A DNA stretch of 60,977 nucleotides, the filler included, from Rhizaria sp. SCN 62-66 (taxonomy: Eukaryota), in NCBI GenBank assembly GCA_001724265.1. It is 4 parts of 4 records of this genome, joined end to end, with 100 filler letters (N's around TTAATTAATTAA, not from the genome) between each part and the next. Parts side by side here need not be neighbours in the genome. Positions count along the whole stretch, not along the records: positions 45,516 to 60,977 come from MEDY01000502.1; 3 more parts are not named here. The stretch is one strand, 5' to 3'. This document shows, piece after piece, positions 56,957 to 60,977 of this stretch. Made by a program: the position numbers and the translations under genes. Within the stretch, counting starts at the first letter, position 1; every line of letters starts with the position of its first letter. The notes under the pieces are model-generated. The model saw only the letters and a program-made list of their open reading frames with translations. It did no database searches and was not told the origin of the DNA.

Positions 56957-57538
56957 TTACTCCTTGGTGTAGCCCTTGGAGTCAGTGGTGTTGTGTCCGC
57001 GGACCATAGCGTAAGCGGAGATGGCGGCCGAGGCGCGGGCGGCAATGTCCGAGTACGCCGCGGGCGGCGCGGCGGGCAAGTCGCGGACGAGGTAGTGCGT
57101 CGGGTCCGGAATCCAGTTGCGGACGCGGTCGGGGTTCTTGTTGTACTCGCGCGATGCAATGACGAGCTCGCCGTAGGGCGCGAGATTGGGGTTGTCCGAC
57201 AGCGGGGTCTTGGGGCCGAAGGCGTCGATGGGGTTGATGACGATGGGGGTGGAGACGGCGGAGATCTCGGTCTTGGGGGTGAGGTGGGCCGACGTGTGCA
57301 GCTTCGACTGCAGGGGCTTGCTCTGGTCGCGCAGGATCTGGCTGCCACCGGGGGTGGTCTGGTTCATCACCCAGTAGTAGAAGGCAGGAACACCGACAAG
57401 GAGGATCGTGCCGTGGACGCGGGTGCGGGTGGTAACCTTGCGGTACTGGGTCGACAGCAGAGTACGGAAGTTCTCCACGCCGACGATAAACTTGTTCGCG
57501 TCGGGGGTCGCCGACGGATTGAAACCAGCGGGGCGCAT
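56957..57538 (-). CDS. Single-TM protein resembling complex I accessory subunit NDUFB4 (B15) with a long C-terminal extension
   Basis: NKFIVGVENFR....QYRKVTTRTRVHGTILLVGVPAFYYWVM resembles the plant/protist B15 pattern NKF...R....R.T.R..hydrophobic..P..Y. Strong codon bias; stop is TAA. Confidence 0.45.
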   Translation of the reverse strand: MRPAGFNPSATPDANKFIVGVENFRTLLSTQYRKVTTRTRVHGTILLVGVPAFYYWVMNQTTPGGSQILRDQSKPLQSKLHTSAHLTPKTEISAVSTPIVINPIDAFGPKTPLSDNPNLAPYGELVIASREYNKNPDRVRNWIPDPTHYLVRDLPAAPPAAYSDIAARASAAISAYAMVRGHNTTDSKGYTKE

Positions 57539-59368
57539 CGGAAGACGCTACACGTAGCAGTGGGGCAAGGAACAAAAGGGCAAGAGTGCGATGGTAAGAC
57601 AGGAGACGGCGCAGGAGCAAGAGCACAAGTGTGGGAAGTGGGGTGCAAGTTGATCGGGTTGGTTCGCGCAGGAGGCTGCAGAAGGCCCAAACAACTCGTG
57701 GTCAAATCAAGATAAATAAAAATAGATAGAATGGCAAGGGGAAATGTGCCCACATTCATTCATTTCGTAATACAACCACGCCAAGGGCACTAACGAGGAC
57801 CTACAAGTTGGTCGTCTTCTCTGGCGGCTTAATTTCGAGTCTCTGCCCACTGGCCAGTCCACCCACACCAACACCTCTGGACGGCGGCACGAAAACAGCT
57901 GAAGCGCGGGACGGCAGCTGCTAGAAGACACATAATTGTATTTTACGACACATCTTCTCACGTCCTATACCATACCAGACGCGCAGTGCGCTAGGGCGAC
58001 AAACGGCTCTGCCGATGATACTCTGGATCTGTGCAGCGCCCCAACACTTCCACTGCACTGTAAGAGTTGCTTCGGCCTAGTCACTTTCAGAGTCTCTAGG
58101 CGCGTCTGCTCCCCGTGTATAGCACTTCAGACACCGGTTTCCACTAGCACAGATGCTTGATTATCTGTTTACAGAGTACTATTTGCATGCAGTTTGTTTT
58201 GCGCCAACTGGACTCTATCAGCTGATGCCGTCAGCAACCATGTTTTGTTGGTTCTCCTCCTTGCTAAGATCTTCCGCAATGTCTGCTCTCGAAGCCTCCG
58301 CAATCTCGAGACCAGCCCATATTCTAGCTCAGACGTAGATCTACCCCCGCAAACAATTTTCTGCCGCACCTGCTCCGTTACTTCTCCGAATTGTGCCTCA
58401 CATCAACCCGACCCCGATATTCAACCGCTCTTTCTCTTCCCCCCAACCTCTCTTGCCCCTGCTCTCTCTCCCACTCTGACGCGCTTGCAGCTTTGCGCAC
58501 TCCTGCAGTCTCGGCCTCGCTCCGTTACTGCATCGACCGCGCGTTTTAATCTTTCCTGAGCGCTTTCCCCGCTCGCCTGTGTCGTTGTCGTTGTTGCTGT
58601 TGTTGTGAAGCGCCTCCAGAGCCCTCGCAGCACCTCACTTCGCACCAGCAGCCGCCGCCGCCGCCGCCGCCGTCCGCCGTCGCTGCCGCTGCTGCTGCCA
58701 CCGCGAATCTGCACTATCGCCGTTGCCGCCACAGCTATTTGCTCGTCGCTGCCGCCGCCACCGCTCCATTTTTTAGTCCGTTCGCGTGCGTTGCTGTGTC
58801 AGCCTTAGCTACTAACCCTAGCTAACTCGCACAAACACACCCCGTTTCGTGCCGCGTCACTGCTCACAGGACGTACACAGAACGGTAACTTATCAGGGAC
58901 ACTCGCCCCTGTGTCTCACGCGTTCCTGTTTTGATCTCAGTCTGAACAGAGACAGAGGTCGACGCCCACGAAGCCAGGACACGTAGCCTTTAACTGCTTG
59001 TGTCTCGATAATCGCTTCGCAGCTACTTGTCGCCCAGTCTGCGACTGACAGTTTGCTTGCTTTTCTGCTCCAACAGCAGCACAATCGCAGTGTCTGTCGT
59101 CTGGTCTTGTCTCGTTCACTCGAAGAACGCTTGACGGACACTGGCACCGCCCTCTTTAAGTCAATCTGCACCAGTCTACTCAGCGGTGCTATTGACATTG
59201 TAACGGACAGCTTCTCTCCTCGACTGCTGTGCTGCACTGGCTGTTTGACTGATTGTTCACCGCACAGACTGCCACAGCTTCACACCACCCTCAGAAGCAC
59301 CTTCACGCCCTCGCCTTTTCCCTCTCTCACCTCTGGCCGCACTGCTCTTGAGAGCGACCCCTGAGACC

Positions 59369-60977
59369 ATGGCCAACTCCCGCAAGATCCAGGCCGAGGT
59401 CGACCGCGCGCTCAAGAAGACCCAGGAGGGGCTCGGCGAGCTGGACGACCTCTGGCCGCGCTACACGGCGGCCGCCGCCGCGGCTGCTGCGGCCTCGCCG
59501 CCCTCGGCCACGGCCCTTGCGGCGCGCGAGCGCGTCGACGGCGAGATCAAGAAGCGGCTGCGCAAGCTGCAGCGGCTGCGCGATCAGATCCGCACCTGGA
59601 TCGGCTCAGCCGAGATCAAGGTCAAGAAGCCGCTGCAGGACGCGCGCAAGGCGATCGAGGCGGCCGTGGACCGGCACAAGACGGAGCGCGAGGCCGCGGG
59701 CGGGCTCGGCGCCGGCGGGCTGGGCGCGGGCGGCGACCCGCGGCGCGCGCGGTACGCCAGCGACCCGACCAAGGACCCCGACTACGATGCGCTCAAGTGG
59801 CTGTCGACGGTCACGACGACGCTGCGCGAGTCCGCGGACGAGCTGCAGACGCGCGTGGACAACATGAGCGACGAACTGGCCGCCGCCTCGCGCAAGGGGC
59901 AGGCGCGCGCCGCCACGGAGCAGGCGCAGGCCACGCTCACCGAGACGCAGAAGTGGCTCGAGCGCCACGAACATCACCTCGACCGCCTCGAGTCCGCGCA
60001 GGTACGCAACTAAGAACAAAATAGAATATATATCGTCTATATCGTATTGTTCGCGCCTGCAGCTGGTTTTTTTTTTTGAAATTCAAATGATTGTATTCCG
60101 CATTTTCACGCGCAATTCTATCGTGAATCTCACGAATTGATATTCTTAAACGTATTTGCTTTGTTTTAACCCCCTTTGCAGGAGAAGCTGCTTGCGCGCG
60201 TGATCGTGCGCGAGCAGGTAGATGAGCTGCGCGAGGCGGTGCAATACTACATCGACTCGCACCAGGACCCCGACTTCTTCGACGACGAGGCCCTCTACGA
60301 CGTGCTCGACGAGACGCCCGAGCAGGTGGCGGCCCGCCGCGCCGCGCGCGCGGTGCCTGACGAGGATGACATCGAGGAGGCCGCCGCCGCCGCCGCTGCC
60401 GCGCAGGCCGCGCAGGCCGCCGCCGCCGCGCAGGCCGCCGCGAGCTCGTCGAGCCCGCAGTCGGCGGTGCCCGATCCCGCGGGCTTCGCGGCGCTCGCGC
60501 GGCCCAGCTCCGGTGCGCTGCTGGGCGGCGCGCTCGGCGCCACCGGCGGCGCCCGCGTGCAGCAGAGCATGCACGCCGCGCCCGGGACCCCCGCCGCTGC
60601 GGCGCCGTCCTCGGCCGCGGCCGCACACGCCGCGCACGCGGCTGCGGCCGCCGCCGCGGGCAACGGCGGCAACGGCAACCTGCTCGACTCGCTGTCATCG
60701 CCGCTGCTGTCGCCGACAGCCTCACTGGCGTCGCGCGTGCTCGCCGCCGCCGCGCCCGTCGCCGCCCCTTCCACTGGCAACACAGGCGCCGGCGTGCCCG
60801 CGACCCCCGCCAAGCTCACGGGCGCGGCCAGTGCCGGCGCCACCGCCACCCCCGCCGCGCCGCGCGCGCTGGGCGGGTATGCCACCGCGCTTAAGGCGGG
60901 CTCCGCGGCCGCCGGCCAGGCCGCTGCCGCCGCGGCCGCCGCCAACGCCGCCGCCGCCGAGGCCGCCGCCGCCGCCG
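59369..60977 (+). CDS. CNOT3: CCR4-NOT subunit NOT3/NOT5, N-terminal part (exons 59369-60001, 60182->60977)
   Basis: MANSRKIQAEVDRALKK..EG, LRKLQRLRDQIRTWI.SAEIK.K.PLQDARKAIE, RHEHHLDRLE and VQYYIDSHQDPDFFDDEALYD. The intron is GTACGC..CAG. The gene runs off the window. Confidence 0.92.

Noticed and set aside
57548-57550. In-frame TAG just upstream of the NDUFB4-like ATG as a fifth readthrough case
   Set aside because: It follows a long pyrimidine tract and is better explained as the acceptor of a 5' UTR intron; the ATG at 57538 suffices.
1-60977. A suppressor tRNA(CUA), other tRNA or rRNA gene in the window
   Set aside because: I recognised no cloverleaf or rRNA signature by eye; tRNAscan-SE/Infernal would be needed to exclude one.

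Overview
This window is eukaryotic nuclear DNA, not prokaryotic. It has GC-rich exons, AT-richer spliceosomal GT-AG introns of about 130-270 nt, and proteins inflated by Ala/Gln/Ser/Asp low-complexity tracts. It consists of four unrelated contigs joined by artificial 100-nt spacers (44 N + TTAATTAATTAA + 44 N) at 15033-15132, 30401-30500 and 45416-45515. Hand splicing gives about 20 gene models. These include Spc24, a 2-RRM protein, a multi-thioredoxin-fold protein, eL8 and eL36 fragments, CCDC61/VFL3, a giant eIF2-alpha-type kinase, two B-box paralogs, a TBC+rhodanese (TBC1D23-like) protein, RABL2, GCAT/kbl, a UBL-less Get5/UBL4A-like protein, an NDUFB4-like protein and NOT3. The set points to a flagellated, mitochondriate protist. 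The main result is evidence for a non-standard nuclear genetic code in which UAG is a sense codon while UAA and UGA remain stops. Four genes on three contigs carry an in-frame TAG in otherwise intact coding sequence, one of them inside the gaplessly alignable head domain of CCDC61. All 17 gene ends I could define are TAA (11) or TGA (6), never TAG. The amino acid encoded (Leu versus Gln/Glu) cannot be settled from this window. A second striking feature is a near-invariant GTACG 5' splice site. All protein identifications come from recognising motifs by eye; no database search was run.
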